Shown here: positions 11,291-44,602 of the stretch, piece after piece
Numbering within the stretch: the stretch's first letter is position 1
Layout: every line of letters starts with the position of its first letter
Source: Macrostomum lignano
Taxonomy: Eukaryota
NCBI GenBank assembly: GCA_002269645.1
Contig: NIVC01003839.1
Location: forward strand, 1 to 64,000
Direction: 5' to 3'
DNA: 64,000 nucleotides
Program-made: the position numbers and the translations under genes
Notes under the pieces: generated by a model
The model's input: only the letters and a program-made list of their open reading frames with translations
Told to the model about the DNA's origin: nothing
Database searches by the model: none

Positions 11291-13804
11291 GTGTTCAAAT
11301 TGAAATCCCTATAGTTTGGAAACCAAAAATTATCTTAGTGCCGATGATGCACTTTTAGTACCACTAAAATTGCTTTTCAAATTCATGGTACAATTCAAAA
11401 ACAGAATGAGTATAGTGTGTATACATAGAAATGGAAAAGAGCCGGCCACGGAATCATGTGCATCCGGCTGCGCCACTGGGTTTGATTAAAATCTTGGAAA
11501 ATTTAAAGAGAATGAAGAAATCTGATTTTGCGTACAGTATATCTATTATATGTAGATGTATTATATGTTTAAATATTATCGCAATAAAGAGTGTATATGC
11601 GTAATCCCATCTAAAATAAATAAAAATAAATATTTTTACTAAGCATGCTCAAGGCATATGAAGCGTACATAGCTGAAGCTGAACATTAAACATGTAATAC
11701 GTGTAGCTTAAGTAAGCAATCGGGATAGCTGTACTGTAAATGTACTACTCATGTACATGCGCAGAAACAGAGATATATCCGGTTGTTTTCCGCTCATTCA
11801 GACAACGTGAGCGTATATTTTCTGTTATATCCGAATGAGCGTTAGAACAAAAACTCACCTAAAGCAAAGACATGATTATGTGCGTCCAGTCAGAGAAATC
11901 CCTAGGACATTTTGATTCTTTTTTTAGTGATTTTTCACAGCCGTTAATTTTAATACTAAGCCTAATTTTTTGATATCAGGCTTTTGTTTTTTCCTGGTCC
12001 TTCCTTCTATTTTAGGAAACTAATTCAGTCATTGTGCAATATGCTCGTATAAGCCGACTTCTAGAGACTTGCAGCCTGACTTGTGATAAGTTAGATTTGG
12101 GTTGGTCCGCCTGCGTTTAAATTTCAGGTTTAGTTCACTTTTACGTTTCACCTAGGCCTATACTATTATATGATTTAACTCACCTTCGCTTCATGGATCT
12201 AGATATTAGTTAGTGCTTTAACTTAAGCCAAGGCCTAAAGTGTAGGCCTAACTTCAAAAAATCTCACTCGTCTAGTTTTAGCCCCGGTTCTGGCCTAGTT
12301 TTATTGCTTTATTTTTTTTCTGACCCATTAATCCACAATGGCAGCACTGCACACCAAGATTATTTAGATATCTCATATGCACTGCACATTGCATGTCAAG
12401 GGAATGGGAAGGGCCTTATCTACATTGGGTGCCACACACAAGACTAGCAGAAGAAGTTGAAAGCAAAAATGCACTCGTATTTTTTGGGGACTTTGCTTAA
12501 GTAAAAGCAGTGAAGCCTGTTTAAACAAATTAAATTCTTTCTTTTCCATGGATCAGATTACTTTTTTGTCTTTTATTGTATTGCAAAGTTACAAAAATAT
12601 GTATGTTATATTAATTTATAATTATTTTTTAAAAATGTTATAATTATAAAAACTTTCAATTAAGACATTGCCAATTTTAAATATCCATGTCTAGCCAAAT
12701 CCAAACCTCTATTTTATTTTTGAATCTATTTTGCATGCGGTTATATGCCAAATTTTTTTTGTAAGTATTGCTATATCTAAAGTCTCTTTGCATATATTAT
12801 TGCATATTGCATAAGGGCCAAAAACCCTTATGCACGCCGCAACTTTGTGGAGAAAACAGCATCTTTGGAAGAGTGGTCTAGTTCTAATAGGCCTATATAG
12901 ATGCTATTTAATTTTTCCAACGTAAAAAATATTCTGATTAATAGAACAATGAAATTGATAGATGCTACTTAGGCCTACCTTAAAAGCTAGAAAAACAATT
13001 GCTAGTATATTTCTAGTATGCTTTTTTGCATATGTTGCTTAACTTTAAGAAAAAATAAGAGAGAAATTTTTACAAATGGCTAAATTGTAAGGCCTAGGGT
13101 TCACATTTTTTCTACCTAGAAAATTTTTTAATATGCTAGTAGACAGTTTCCATGCATTTTGCCTATGCTTTTTGGTACCCCAGATTGCTTTTTGGTATCT
13201 CAGTTTATGATGCCAAAATGATAAGGCCTAATAAAAAAGTAATCTAATCAATTTAATTGCATGCATTTGCTATATCCTATATATACAAATACAAAGTATA
13301 CTTAGCAAGCGTGCTATGAAGACTTAGTTAGGAAGTAAAGATAAAATCCATCAACAATGCTATATGTAGTTTTTATCAAATTCTATGACTAGTCTATTAT
13401 AATAATATTGATTTTTTGAATCACAAAATCATGTTTTATTTCTTGAGAAATCAAATCAAGAGAAAAAAATTAAATGAAATGAACCTATTTTTTAATTAAC
13501 ACACTAGATCAGCTTAATAAACTGAATAATACCTTAGTTTTTAAAATAAATATTGCAAAAACAAAGCAATTACTGCTAAATTAGGGCTCACTTTTTATAT
13601 TTTTGTGTCTAATTCTAATTTATAATTTAGGCACTAAAAAGTAAGCTGAGGCATCAAAATGCTAGGCACCAGTGGTCCCAGGATGGCGCAAATTCACACC
13701 AGGCGCAAATTTTGAGTAAAGTGGCGCAAATGCGCGAGTTTTTCTGCTGTGGTGCAAATTTTTTCTAACTGACTGGCGCAAATTTTTTGCAACTGAGTGG
13801 TTCT

Positions 13805-14467
13805 TTTGACATTGGTTCTCTCGAAGTAGAGGCTCGACTGCATCAAACCGAAATTTATTCCACAGCCAATGCTGATTTGGACATTGTTACATTCTGGCAA
13901 AGACTTTCCGAGCAAGTGGGGGACAAGTGCCCTCTATTGATTCGACTTGTTTGCGCACTTCTAATCCTTCCTAATGGAAGTGCAGAAGTTGAGCGCATCT
14001 TTAGTACTTTGAGTGACACGGTCACAAAGAAACGCTTAGTTTTGAAACCGGAAACAGTCAGGGCATTGGTTGTGGCTCGTTCCTGCCTTCAAGCTCAACA
14101 ATGGACTGCAGCTACTCTGCCAGTGACTTCTAGTCTGATCAATATGTGTAACAGTGCCTACGCCAGCTACCGTCAAAGACTGAAGGATGATGCAGCTTTT
14201 GAGGAGGCACGCCGTGCAAAGGAGCTCGCAGAGTCGCCTGCTTCTCGGTCCAAGCCAAGAAGCAGGCCAGTAAGGCCATTTCCAATCTGCACGAGAAGTT
14301 GGAGGAGAAGGACAAAGAAATTGAGACTAAACTTAAGGAGAAGGATGTCGCCCACCAGCTGCTGCTGGATGCTCAAAAAGCTGAGAAACGAGAACGAGAA
14401 ATTGAGATGCTGTGACAGGATCGCAACAAACTCCAGAGGCGCAAAGAGAAGGAGGCAGAGTGTGTGA
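13805..14467 (+). pseudogene. hAT transposase C-terminal dimerisation domain fragment
   Basis: FWQ...PLL...ALLILPNGSAEVERIFSTL...KKR..L..ETVRAL is typical of the hAT dimerisation region. The catalytic domain is absent. Confidence 0.8.
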
Positions 14468-14656
14468 CTGACAGTGTGCTAAAGCAAAAGGCATGCAAGC
14501 TGGCAATGGCCAGTTCGGAGGCTTATGCATCGGTGAAATCGCTTCCCAAAATCCTGAAGCGTCTATGATTTTCCTTATCTCTAGCTGACTTGACTGACTG
14601 CGCACTTTTATTTTACTAATATTCACTTTTTATATTAGGGTACATTCACTTCTAGT

Positions 14657-15016
14657 TAGCACTAAGCCAGCACCATAGCAACGAGGGGTTTTCCCTTGGA
14701 TACGTATCTTTCCTTAAGTGCGCCAGCTGGCGCTATATAGTACCACATAGACAAACATTTGTGCCACCTTTTGATGCTGCCTTCACACCTTGAAGTTTAA
14801 GTGAGATCCCACAATGATGAAAAGAAAAATGTTTTTTTTTCGTAATTTTTAAACTTCTACTTTCAGCGCCCAGAAATGTCTATCAATGCCACTTTTTGCC
14901 AGAAGGTGGCACACACGTTTGTCTATTTGGCACACGCAGAGCGTCAGCTGGCACACTTAAGAAAAGATACGTATCCAAGGGAAAACCCTCGTTGCTATGG
15001 TGCTGGCTGGTTGCTA
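14657..15016. mobile_element. MITE with ~110-bp TIRs nested in the hAT element
   Basis: AGCCAGCACCATAGCAACGAGGG(G)TTTTCCCTTGGATACGTATCTTT...GTGCCACCTT occurs inverted at both ends. Exact termini are uncertain. Confidence 0.75.
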
Positions 15017-16638
15017 TAGAGCGCCGCCGCCGTACATCCTGATGTTGAGGTGAAGAATACACGTCTATGAAAGTGCATTACCATACAAGCTAATAGCATT
15101 GGCATGTTTTGAACTTTTGAAGCTTTAAACTTTAAAGCCTGCAGGCAAAAATATTTGTTGTCTTATTGCTACTTTTGTTCTGCGCGAATTCTGGCGCGAA
15201 TTTTTTTTCATGGCACGAAAAATCATAGACATCATCGCTGGGACCACTGCTAGGCACTGAAAAACATAGGCACCAAAAAGTGTAGATACCTAGCAGACTA
15301 AAGTTGATTGTTCTTTTGGCTCTTAAAGCAGGTGTCATTTAACAAATTTGCTTTTCTATTGATTAGAATGTTTTCCATATTGGAAAAACCAAAAAATCAT
15401 CTATATACTAGAGCTAGAGAGCATAGAATAAAAGTTTTGCTGTTTTATTAATCAGAATGTTTCATATCTTGGAAAGACCAAATGATATTAGTATATACTT
15501 GAGCTAAAAACAGAATAGAAATTTCTGCTGTCTAAGTCTACCTTAAATTGTGTTCAGCAACAATAACTTGATAAAGAATGAGAAATAATTTTCGAAGTTA
15601 TTTTCTTTAATTAAATAATACAAAACAAAATATATAAATATTTATTTATTTCAATCTTTATGATCAACCAAATATATTCAAGATGTCAAACTATATATAC
15701 ACAACCATTGAATTTATTAGGCCTACTTACATGTCTTAGTATTTTATTATAACTTATCATTCTTTGCAATTTTTTCTTTTTGTATTTTTTTTCATTCCAT
15801 TGCTTTTTGTCTTTTTTATTGTTGGTTATAAATTTTATGACTTGTTCTTAGTCTGCCACAATTTATCCTAGTTAGAGCCACCATATCTATGCAATGAACC
15901 TAGCTGATCTAAGCATTTTCATAGTAGCACATTGCGCAACCAATCAACCCAAGGCTAAATAAGTAAGTTGCACATAGAATAAAAACATTAAGAATGAATA
16001 AAAGAAAGAATAAAAGAAAAGCCTACATTTGTGATCAAATCAAGAGAGAGAAGCCAGAGAGAAGATAGAAAGGATAGAGAGAAGAGAAAAGATTAAAATT
16101 GGATATAGAGCAAAGCTATATTTCAAAATGCTTTGTAGATATCAGTGTCTCATATTTTTATATTGATATGTTTTACTATGTTACACTAGCCAGGTAAAAT
16201 TTAGATTGCAAAGGTATGGTCAGCCAGTAGGCTAGCAGTTGTGCATGTATGTTCCAGTCCCTTTGACTTTAATTTTTTATATAGAAGTTTTTTTATAAAA
16301 TATAATTTTTAGTTCATTGACCTCAAATAGTTAAAGTAGGCTGGGGAAGTATGGCCACATAGAATGTGAAAGACAGTTAGTTTCCTCAAGGTTATAGTTA
16401 ATTACAAATAAGCTAAAATTATTGGTGGCATAAATATCTAGCCACTATTTAGAATAAAGGCTCAGTCTATGAAGCAGCTCTATATTAAACTCAGTTCTAG
16501 TTTTTGATTTGCAAATATAGTTTGTGCTGTCTGTTTTATACTTTCATTAGTTTGATTTTGATATTACATTTTCACTGATAAACTCTATTTATTGCATGAC
16601 TAGATAGTAATAAGTTATCAAGTTTGGAATACACATAA

Positions 16639-21034
<4,396 letters not shown>

Positions 21035-24000
21035 GAGTTCTCGGAATTATTGACAAGTTCAAAGCTCTAACAACGGGCGCCGCCATGCTGTGTGAACAAT
21101 AAACAAATAATCAAATTAAATTCAGAACGCGCTTTCCCTAGCTACTTGAAGTTATTTTTTGATCAGCTAATTCTCATGTCAGCGTTCTCTCCCCTAATTT
21201 CTAAGCAGATAATATTCTTGTGTTGTGGAAAATTTCTCAGCCTCGGAACAGCCTATTGAGAAATTGAGTTGTTTATTTGTGTGCACTATATCTTGTTTAA
21301 TTAACATGTTGTTCGTTTCACTCCAGCCAATGGTAATCACTAACTACTCCAGCGCATCCCAAATCTACGCTCGTATATACGATATTGAAACGTTCTAGCC
21401 TTCCCGAGAGGCAACTGTTGAGTCACGAGCGACGCAGACAATCAACGCCTCAAATTGACTTTTAGGCGACTCTTTAACGATGGCACATATTCAAGTGACT
21501 CCAGGACGCTTCTTGGCTTAGGTTCCGTTTTGATCGACCTTGACATTTTCCAGTAATAAAAAATCCGGTAGTTATTTTATAATTGCCAAAACGTTGCAAG
21601 CTTTGTCTAATTTGGTGGCCGATTTCGCTTTCCCGTGCCTGGCTAATTCCATTCCGCCTATTTTATAGTATAAGTTGTAGCATAGCAACGAATTGTTTAT
21701 CTTAGCTACGCTTTACAGTTGAATCTGTTGATTGCTAAGAAATTTTATAACAATCCGTATCTAAGGTAAACAATATCGTCGCTAATTTGTTTACAATCTG
21801 CTGGCTGAATTTTCTATCTTTATTTTCTCTTTTTTTGGCGTGTGATAAAAATACTTACACTTTTTCTATTGGGTATTCAATATCTATTATCTTTGTTATT
21901 TTTTAGTCTTCTGCTATACTATTTATCCAATTCCTAGAAGCGAGTGCATCCTTGCTGACTGAGATTGATACGGCGCTGTGCACAAGTGCCGCAGTCTCCG
22001 CCGTTTTGCCTATTATTCCGCACTAAATATATAATTCCTTTGTATTTTCCCTTATAATAGTTCAGTTCAGACAAATTGTATTTGAAACTTACATATATGC
22101 AAAACAAAACAAATAAACATGCCCTCGGAAATTGATTTTTCATAGTCTCCAACCAATTCCGTCAATTTTTCTGACGTCTTTTTTCACGCAGTGAAGTGCT
22201 TCTTTACTTTCCTATTGAAACCTTGTAGCAGAAATTCGGAATACAGACGAACATTAGGTAGGTAGATAGTAAGTACGAGCTTAATTATTGTTGAGCCACC
22301 TCACCACCTACAATGTTCAAAATCATCACAACTACGAGTACATTGCACTAAAATCGAATCGTATTATAAAGATATGTTAATTAAAAATACGGAATCAATA
22401 ATTTAGCTGGCTTTAATATATTTATGATTGTGTGTGCAACTAGTGCGACGTCTACATGTACATATTATTAACTGCCAATCGCAACTGCATCTGCACGTAC
22501 GTATTTTTGTTTGCAATTACGTATACGACTTGTGTTTAGTACTTTTATATCTAGATTTGCTTCATCTGTAGCATAAGTAGTGGTATTAGTAGCTAGTTAT
22601 GAATCAAACACTTTTATTATAATCACCATCACATTTTAACTCGGCTGCGTGCGATGAACGTCCAATTTTCCTCAATATATTAAACCGGTGTACCTACCGT
22701 TTTTGCTTTCGGGGAAAGCATACTACTAAAACAAAGCGTACATTATCGTAGAAAGGTTTCATGAAAATCATGAAAAGGTTTATCGTAGGTATGTATTTTT
22801 TATTTTATAACTATTTTAATATTTTCTTTAACAATCTAAACTACTTGTCTGGCTATGCACAAACAAGAAACGAAAACAAACCTTTAAATTGTTTTTGAAA
22901 ATAGATGAACTTATAAATTAAGTCTCTTAGACTGGCTAGAGTGACGACAAGGGTTTTATAGAGTAAGAGTCCTTCGCTACTGCTGTCACCCTGAATCGAA
23001 TCAGTTAATACTTATCAGTGTAGAAAGTCCAGTACAGTATATGCAGGAAAGAGACAGCACCAATGATGATTTAAAAATATTGGAGAACTTTCTGCTGCGC
23101 ATGCGCACCTCACTTCTAAAACAAAAATCAAGTGGCCAGGCCAGGCCAGTCAATCCCTCAAATTCTCAGAATAGTGAGGGAAGTAAGCCATTGGCATAGT
23201 CAGGAAGGTGGCACACTGTGTGCCAAAAAAATTAGGGACACAATATATATACCCTGTGTACTGTTTGTGAACTATCTGATACATTTTTGTGCCTTAAGTT
23301 CTAACCCTTAATGACTATCTATATAAGACATACATAGAAATTTTAAATTTGGAAGTCACAGAAAGTGCAAATTACACAAAATACTTTAACAAATGTCTAC
23401 AAAATGTTTAACAACAAATTCCTCACTAAATAAACTAATAGTATAAAAAAAATACAAATTGTATTTGTTTGCTTTTTATATATACTTAGATTTTTTGTTA
23501 GAGTAGGCCTATGTATCAGCATTACAATATAAGAGAAGCTTTACTATTATAGTTTTTTACAACCTAAATTTGGATGCTAGATACCAAATTAGGCCTAGCA
23601 CCTTGTTTTTAAGTGAAATATAGGCCTAGTTAAAGTCCCAATAACAAGCCTAGATTGTTTCTAAGCAAAGCTCAAGTGAAGTAAAAACAATTTTTAAATA
23701 GTCAAGTTTAGGTCATAAGTTAGAATCATTAAACAATAGTTATTATATAGTCATGGTCAAAAAGATCTTTAGTAGGCCCTAAATTTTAGGAAACTTTTTA
23801 TTGCTTATATGAAATCTCTGCATTGTTTTTTGCCTTGATTTAACAACCTATAAAAACTCTATAAAAGTACATCTATATAGAACTATATATTGCTTATATG
23901 GAATCTATGCATTGTTTTTTGCCTTGCTTTAGCCTTTAAAAACAATATAAAAGCATATATATTGATAAATAAACAGACTAGCTTAATAAAGTTGAATACT

Positions 24001-24215
24001 TAACTTTTGAATATTAAGTTGAATACTTATAAAGACTTAACTAGATATTATTAAATTTAAGTTATAAATTTTTTTGCAACCTCTGTTGTTCAAATAGATC
24101 TAGCAATATAATTAGGGGTAAAAATGCTGGTTCAATCTTTTTGAATCATATGAATCTATATTGCATGTTTGGCATGCCCCAGAGTACCATTGGGCTTTGA
24201 ACATCAGCAATTTTT

Positions 24216-39716
<15,501 letters not shown>

Positions 39717-40509
39717 AGAATTTGAGCTCGCTATTGTTGGCCTGTCCAACAGAGTTGTGCGTCTATCTATTTTCTTACGCAACAGATATTTATTTATTGA
39801 TCAAAAAGGATTTACAACACGAATATGCATATTTTTCTGCTAACTAAAATATTTTGCACTCTTTCTTCCACTGTCTTGTCTGAGTTTGTTGACTTATTAA
39901 CTGCCTGTCTGCCTCTCAATGAACGCCGTGCGATAATTGTTGTTCTACCTAGATAGGCCACAGATCTTCTAATAGCAGAGAGGCTGCAGAAAAGGGAAAT
40001 CAGATAACAAACTGGTCAGTAAGAATTACCTCAGTAATTTTAATTATTTTTTTATGTTTTCTCAATGCATAGTGAAAAAAATACCGTCGACGTTCGTAAA
40101 AAACTACTGATTAGTAGTTTGCTCTACTATGGCCTAACTAGAGATCACACTATCTACTGGCAAGGCCATTTATAAACCTAATAAGCCTATTATATATATT
40201 ACTCATTGTAAAATGACTGTATAGTAATGTGTAGAGCTCACTTTATTTCCTAACTGTTCTCGTTTTACAATATTTACTTTAATCTTATTTCATTTTTTGC
40301 CTGTCAGCGGACGCGAGATCAGAGCTTTAGGCAGGAAAAGCAATTCACTTTTCTGTTAGCTGTTTATTTTCATACCGAGAACAAGCCTATTATATAAATA
40401 TACATATACTCAAGCCATTATATTGCACATTGCGCAGAGTGAGTTCTTTAGTAGTGTATTTATCCGGCCTTCAAAAAAATTCTAAGAAACTCCTATGTTC
40501 CCATGCATT

Positions 40510-40594
40510 GAATCACCGAAGTTAAGCAACGTTGGGTTTGGTTAGTACTTGGATGGGTGACCGCCTGGGAATACCAAATGCTGTTGTCTTTTTT
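40510..40594 (+). pseudogene. 5'-truncated 5S rRNA copy
   Basis: GAAGTTAAGCAACGTTGGG...GGTTAGTACTTGGATGGGTGACCGCCTGGGAATACC..TGCTGTTG plus a T-run matches the 3' two-thirds of eukaryotic 5S. The first ~40 nt are missing. Confidence 0.88.
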
Positions 40595-42065
40595 GCCTCT
40601 TTAACTGCCGCGCGCTCATTAAAACACTAATTCCATGCAGCTGCTGCACGCATTAATACACTACTATATGCTCCCTTCGGCTTCGACTCGGTCTCGATCA
40701 CGGAGAAATTCGCGATTCCCCGTGGTGCTTTATAATTTTCTATGCGCACTTTCCACGCGGTGACGCGATGCACTTCAGTAGTTTTTCGATCGTATCTCTC
40801 TAACACGGCAACTATAGTTTTATTTAATTTATATTAATATATTAATCAATTAGTAGGCGGCGCATAATTTGTACACACTGTCTAAACATGTCGTCGGCTA
40901 AAAGAAACGAAAGGCAGAGCTGCACATGCACTTTTTGGCGCGTCTTTTCAAGCTGCAGTGCACAAGAATGCTGCACTAGTCGGCATAACTTACTTGGAGT
41001 AGATTAAATTCGACATAATCATTTGCCCTAGGGCTCGCGGCTCAAGCGCAGAGCTGTGCACTGTTGGAGAGTGTGTTCCAGCAGGCGGACTCTTCTCATT
41101 GCCGAGAAAGAGCCGAAGCTGTGAAGTTTGCCAGCCGTGCCCCCATGCGCCCTGATCACCAACCGGGTTGATGAACTCTTGGTGCAGCTCAATCACCAAT
41201 AACAATGTGCAACTTCTGAGCCGAGAGGGGCGTCATTCTGTTTTATGCTCTGTGCCTCTGGCATACATGTAGGGACTCAGAACGCGATTTGTTTTTTTGC
41301 TTCAGTAAAGATACAGGCCTACATGCAGCATGGGGTCGTTTCAGTATGAAAATTCTGAATCCATCAGACGCAGTAGAATCGGGACAACCTGCTGTGTTGT
41401 GAGCTGTCTGCTCCTGTGATTGAAACTATAGTATTCCAAAGTGCCTTTGGAAGCAGTAAACAAATAAGCTGTTCGGTAGAGATATTCTTGGTCAATATTT
41501 TACAAGTACACGGTCTATACAAAGCAGAGAGGTCATTTAGAGCAGAGAAAGTAACTAAAAAAATGTTTTGCTACGTCATCATTTGTCTAAAATTGTTTCG
41601 CCATAATATTCTTAACTAGAAAGAACTGAAGCACTGGCTTTTTTCAACGCAAATTAAGCATTGCACAAAAATGGTAATTATAGCTGCTAATTGGTAACTG
41701 GTAATTGTTTCTGGGTTTGCACAATTATCACTTTTGAGCTAGTTTTATCCAGTTCTGATTCTTTCAGCAAAAAATGTATACATTACATATCGGGTTAGAA
41801 ATAAAATTTTCACTTGTCAAAATTAGCGCTTTATGATTTTTTATTTGATTTGATACACTTTGATTCAATGTGAGATAAGGGAAAGGGAATTACCTAAGGC
41901 CATATATTATTACATATTGCATGTGTAATTTTGATTACACATTTTTGAGCTTATATACGCGGTCGGCGCTAAAGTTTCCAATTGGAGTAAAATACAAAAA
42001 GCGCCGTATTTTATCCAAATGGCGTATTTATTTAATAAGATGATTAAATAAATCTGTGATAAAAA

Positions 42066-42172
42066 GTTTAGGGTCGGGTCCGGCCGGGTTTTGGTTACCA
42101 GTTAGGGGTTCAGGGTTCAGAGGTTAGGGTCTGGGTTCTTGGTTAAGGGTAGGGGTACGAGGTTTTGGGTTT
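42066..42172 (+). repeat. Degenerate TTAGGG-like tract
   Basis: TTTAGGG, TTAGGGG, TTCAGGG, GTTAGGG and TAAGGG units in a ~100-bp G/T-rich stretch. Confidence 0.45.
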
Positions 42173-42850
42173 ACCCAGCAGAACCCCGAAAAAATTGCCA
42201 TCCCGAACACCTATTACACAGGATTGATCACGCACAACTGTAAATATAGATAGCATTTGCTCATGCTCATGCTCAAGCTCATGCAACATGACTGCCATCA
42301 TCTGTAGCCTGCAGAGTTCTAAAAAGTTCTTCTTAAAAAATTAATACTTGCCGTTCTACATTACTACTGTAGCCGTTATTGTAGTAGTAAATATTACTAT
42401 TGTATACATGATAAATATCTTGCAATTTGGAGGCTTCTAGAAAGAGATAAAATGATGGATTTATTAATTAAAGCGGAGATTGCACAAAAAAATGCTAACG
42501 TTTTTCATCCATTTCCTTTCGGCATTTTTTCTCCATTTTCTCGTGTTGATGACTCGCTTGACTCGCTTAGCGGCGTCCCCCTGTTGGACCCCGCATGCAA
42601 GACTATACCCACAAGAGTCTAAGCAGGCAAGATGTACTCTTGTGCGGGACGTGTGCGATCGCCATCCATCACAACTCTCTAGTGATAGACGACCTATTGA
42701 TAAGGGCACCTGCTGCGGGGCTTGATACCAACATCGTAAGCTGCACTGGCATGTCGTCGGGGGGGGGAGGGGGTTTCAGTTTTCATCTTCTGCAGCCGCG
42801 GTAATGGTGCAGCCAAAGGCTACCGTTTGAAAGTCAGCCACTTATCTGGA

Positions 42851-43439
42851 GAGCCCCTAGGCCTAACCCTCGGTCAGCCGCTCCCCCCAGCAGAGCTCCT
42901 ATAGGCCTGACCCTCGGTCAGCCGCTCCCCCCAGCAGAGCTCCTATAGGCCTGACCCTCGGTCAGCCGCTCCCCCCAGCAGAGCTCCTATAGGCCTGACC
43001 CTCGGTCAGCCGCTCCCCCCAGCAGAGCTCCTATAGGCCTGACCCTCGTTCAGCCGCTCCCCCCAGCAGAGCTCCTATAGGCCTGACCCTCGGTCAGCCG
43101 CTCCCCCCAGCAGAGCTCCTATAGGCCTGACCCTCGGTCAGCCGCTCCCCCAGCAGAGCTCCTATAGGCCTGACCCTCGTTCAGCCGCTCCCCCAGCAGA
43201 GCTCCTATAGGCCTGACCCTCGGTCAGCCGCTCCCCCCAGCGGAGCCCCTATAGACCTGACCCTCGGTCAGCCGCTCCCCCCAGCAGAGCTCCTATAGGC
43301 CTGACCCTCGGTCAGCCGCTCCCCCCAGCGGAGCCCCTATAGGCCTGACCCTCGGTCAGCCGCTCCCCCCAGCAGAGCTCCTATAGGCCTGACCCTCGGT
43401 CAGCCACTGCCTCAGGAGAGCCCCTAGGCCTGACCCTCG
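42851..43439. repeat. 44-bp minisatellite (GGCCTGACCCTCGGTCAGCCGCTCCCCCCAGCAGAGCTCCTATA)
   Basis: About 13 tandem units, outside any confidently called gene. Confidence 0.96.
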
Positions 43440-44440
43440 CCAAGATCGCATGCAACCTATAGAGGGGCCCAGTTGGCTGGATGAGGATGGCTACAGTACG
43501 GGAGCAATTTAACAGCTACATGTCCAGATAATGATGTGGATAAGTGCAAGTACGAGCATATATTTAACTTTGCAAACAGTTCAAAGGGTAGCACTACAAA
43601 AAAGGTTTTTTGGACCCTTTGATCTGACCTTGCTTAACCTTGATTTATAAATCTGACGTTAAAGCTATAGGGTACAGCCAAAGCTTTATAATGTTACTTT
43701 ATTTTAGAGAGAAAACGTCTCATCAATCAAGTAAAAAAGCTAACCTTCTACTGTACATCCAAAATTTACAAATTTGGAGCAAATAGAAAGTCGGCCGTCA
43801 AAAAGATGCACGCGTTTCGACAGTTTAAGCGTCATTCTGCTGAAGAAGTAGAGTGAAAAGAAGTGAAGACACTGGAGAGGTGGTCCTATGCTGAATCTGA
43901 TGGATTCAGAAGTTGCATGCTGAAAGTTCTGATGACTTGCGTGTAAAAAAAGCATTGGATGAAGCAAAATCAGAACAGCAGAATCCTACGATGTATCCGA
44001 CAGAGAGCGGCGGCGAGGTCACCAGTTCCGGTTGTAAAAAAAGAAAAAAGTGAAAAAATTGAAAGATAAACTCCCGACAATAAAACGATTCAAACAGTAA
44101 AAATATTAAAAATTTCTCTCAATAAAAATTTTTGACCATCGCATATCTAGACAGAGGCAGCCTTGAGCCGGCACAAGAAATCATCCAGAAGCCATGGAGG
44201 CAGGAGCCTTGCTTTCTCTGCATTGGAATTTCCTGACTTTCAGAAGAGTCGCCAGCTCGGTGCCATAAACTCGGCCATTAGCCGAACGACCAACACCTCT
44301 GAAGGCTTCCGGACTCTTCTGCATTTAAGAAAGTGGATTTCTGGCTCAGAAAATTCAAGCCATCAGCGACTCTGCAACTGCCGAACTGCGAATTCTTTCA
44401 ACTCGAAGATTCAATCTCGCTCGATCTACAAGCCGAAGTC

Positions 44441-44602
44441 ATGCTGAGATTTCTGATGCTCCTCGTTGCTCTGATTCTGGTGGGCGCCACGCAGCAGGCT
44501 CAGGCTGATTCATGCAGCTGCGAAGATAACAAATGGCTGTGCAAGACCAAGTCAGGACGCTTCTGCGGTATCTGCCTTGGCCAGGGCGGCTGCTATGACT
44601 GA
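44441..44602 (+). CDS. Small secreted cysteine-rich peptide (53 aa; ~31-aa mature, 6 Cys)
   Basis: Signal peptide MLRFLMLLVALILVGATQQAQA with an A-Q-A cleavage motif. Mature DSCSCEDNKWLCKTKSGRFCGICLGQGGCYD. AATAAA at 44660-44665. Confidence 0.72.
   Translation: MLRFLMLLVALILVGATQQAQADSCSCEDNKWLCKTKSGRFCGICLGQGGCYD

Larger units (their letters stand above)
13670..15249 (+). mobile_element. Internally deleted hAT transposon
   Basis: 12-bp TIRs CAGTGGTCCCAG / CTGGGACCACTG. 8-bp TSD CTAGGCAC at 13662-13669 and 15250-15257 (nTnnnnAn pattern). Subterminal GGCGCAAA repeats. Confidence 0.92.

Noticed and set aside
23063-23107. Box C-like ATGATGA and an NRF1-type palindrome TGCGCATGCGCA
   Set aside because: No matching box D or terminal stem; a single motif without a known TSS cannot be supported.
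42464-42709. GVQQGD motif resembling a reverse transcriptase motif
   Set aside because: Isolated hexapeptide; flanking RT motifs and spacing are absent.
43457-43967. Possible two-exon minus-strand ORF next to the 44-bp array
   Set aside because: Phases fit, but the product has no recognisable features, sites are weak, and a third exon across the array is out of frame.
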